Shown here in pieces: positions 62,927 to 64,000 of a stretch of 64,000 nucleotides of DNA (positions within the stretch are counted from its first letter, which is position 1; each line of letters begins with the position of its first letter). The position numbers and the translations under genes were made by a program. Origin of the DNA: an uncultured beta proteobacterium (GTDB lineage Bacteria > Pseudomonadota > Gammaproteobacteria > Burkholderiales > SG8-41); the NCBI GenBank assembly GCA_903889565.1, contig CAISYC010000048.1:1680-65679 (forward strand), in the 5' to 3' direction. Below the pieces are notes generated by a model that did no database searches, was not told where the DNA came from, and saw only the letters and a list, made by a program, of their open reading frames with translations.

Positions 62927-64000
62927 TCACGGTTGCGACCCGGCTTCCGCGGTTCCAAGTTCAGCGGCCGCAATCGCCGCCTGCCAGGACGCCAGCGATT
63001 TGGCGTAATCGGCCTGCGTGCCCGCAGCCTCCAGTCGCGTCGCATACAACTGGCGCTGCGAATCGAGCAGATCCATCACGCCGATTGCGCCGCGGCTGTA
63101 CGCGAATTCAGCGGCATCGGCGGCACGCTGCGCCTCTTTCAGCAGCGCGCCTTCGAAACGCTGCACACGCTCGCGCGCGGCATCGAGGTCGGCGCGGCGG
63201 GCAACGATTTCACCGAGCGCCAGCGCGCGCACGCGTTCGTAGTTCTCGCGCGCCAACGACAGATCAACTTCGGCGCGGCGAATCTCGCCTTCGTAGTAGT
63301 AATTGGTGAACAGCGGAATACTGACGCCGACGCCGAAGGTGTTGTTGCTGAAGTCCCCGGGGAAATGTTCGAACTGCACCGCCCCCGTGACGTCGCGCGT
63401 GCGCAACGCGCGCGCCAGTTCGCGGTTCTTCTCGGCCGCCGTCACGCGCGCCTGCGCCGCCAGCACGTCGGCGCGTCCGGCCAGCGCCTTGTCGATCTCG
63501 GCCTCGGCGGGATCCACCCCGGCGACCGGCCAGCCATCGGTCGCCTTGATGCGCACCGCATCGCGTTCGGCGCCGATCACGTAAGCGAGCTGGGTCTGCG
63601 CCTTGGCACGCTCGGCGACGGCGGTGCGCGCGTCGTTCTGCGCGCGCAACGCGTCCACGCGAATGCGCGCGACATCGGCGGCGGAAATGTCACCCGCCTT
63701 CAGGCGACGCTCGACCGCATTCAGGGTTTTCTGAAACGACGCGGCCGTTTCGGCGGCGATGCGGACGCGCTCCTGCGCCGCCACCAGATCGTAATAAGCC
63801 GCATACAGGGCGACTTTCTGCTGACGCCGGATTTCGGCGAAGTCGCCGCGGTTGGCCTGGATCACCGAATCGGCAATGTCCATGCGCAATTCGCGCTTGT
63901 TGCCGCGCTCGAACAACTGCTGGACGCCGAACACAGTATCCATCTGCTTGTCGCGCAAGTCGCCGTTGTAGCTGCCCTGGCGTGAATTGAATTTGCCGGT
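62927..64000 (-). CDS. TolC-family outer membrane efflux protein (CzcC-like), 5' end beyond the window
   Basis: OEP repeat pattern (YDLVAAQERV, LKAGDISAADV). The frame is open to position 64000, so the N-terminus is missing. Confidence 0.8.
   Translation of the reverse strand, partial: TGKFNSRQGSYNGDLRDKQMDTVFGVQQLFERGNKRELRMDIADSVIQANRGDFAEIRRQQKVALYAAYYDLVAAQERVRIAAETAASFQKTLNAVERRLKAGDISAADVARIRVDALRAQNDARTAVAERAKAQTQLAYVIGAERDAVRIKATDGWPVAGVDPAEAEIDKALAGRADVLAAQARVTAAEKNRELARALRTRDVTGAVQFEHFPGDFSNNTFGVGVSIPLFTNYYYEGEIRRAEVDLSLARENYERVRALALGEIVARRADLDAARERVQRFEGALLKEAQRAADAAEFAYSRGAIGVMDLLDSQRQLYATRLEAAGTQADYAKSLASWQAAIAAAELGTAEAGSQP

Noticed and set aside
1-64000. Search for tRNA, rRNA, CRISPR arrays, IS elements, integrases and phage genes
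   Set aside because: I found no cloverleaf-like or rRNA-like stretches, no regularly spaced direct repeats, and no transposase, integrase or recombinase-like ORFs on either strand. The only mobile-type signatures are the short palindromic or structured repeats reported above.
58498-64000. Interpreting the RND operon as a multidrug (HAE1) pump
   Set aside because: The TM4 motif VDFGIIIDSAVVLVE and the N-terminal sequence fit the heavy-metal (HME, Czc-like) class rather than AcrB-type transporters. The metal specificity itself cannot be read from the sequence.

Overview
This is a GC-rich chromosomal segment with a few short AT-rich intergenic patches. It looks betaproteobacterial, probably Burkholderiales-like: four orphan Bug/TctC-type binding proteins, a phasin, an Mla/MCE cluster and an HME-RND efflux operon. 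I call about 60 protein-coding genes. I found no rRNA, tRNA, CRISPR array, transposase or integrase.

Gene order, left to right:
- An AT-rich edge followed by the arsR-arsC-acr3 operon.
- pabB, a DUF924 gene, adhC, gluQ, a rhomboid protease and a patatin lipoprotein.
- A 4-gene operon: Gfo/Idh/MocA oxidoreductase, creatininase-family protein, cupin, D-2-hydroxyacid dehydrogenase.
- An MlaE/MlaF/MCE/lipoprotein operon followed by a HIT gene.
- phaP with a near-consensus promoter and a clean terminator.
- CinA-like and CBS genes, a YddA-like ABC transporter, and a membrane PAS-GAF-GGDEF-EAL sensor.
- An 18-gene, roughly 21-kb co-directional minus-strand array: malyl-CoA-lyase-like, HIBADH-like, an unknown secreted protein, AEC transporter, GhrB-like reductase, MFS, TRAP DctPQM, an NhaD/ArsB-type permease, lutC, mmsA, lutB, a zeta-like toxin with a Phd-like antitoxin, a ketopantoate-reductase-like gene, and lutA.
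- An IclR HTH-only remnant and a DnaQ-exonuclease::GIY-YIG (Cho-like) fusion.
- Bug genes interleaved with an EamA transporter, a fused membrane/spermidine-synthase protein, an IorAB-like molybdoenzyme and two tandem PcaD-like hydrolases.
- An egtD-like methyltransferase, a PBP7-like endopeptidase, and a CzcCBA-type operon that runs off the right edge.

Most of the window is ordinary metabolism and transport, and I see no obvious complete novel multi-gene system. The observations most worth a second look are:
1. The lut operon is split by a toxin-antitoxin module with its own consensus promoter, plus extra dehydrogenase genes.
2. An 18-nt motif recurs exactly 8 nt after two stop codons inside the long array.
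3. A roughly 150-nt multi-hairpin G/C-run element precedes each of the two tandem pcaD paralogs.
4. A REP-like perfect hairpin is translated inside a Bug signal peptide.
5. An uncharacterised secreted protein is translationally coupled to cytoplasmic enzymes.

The many long reverse-strand ORFs in the track are GC-driven shadow ORFs, and I rejected them.
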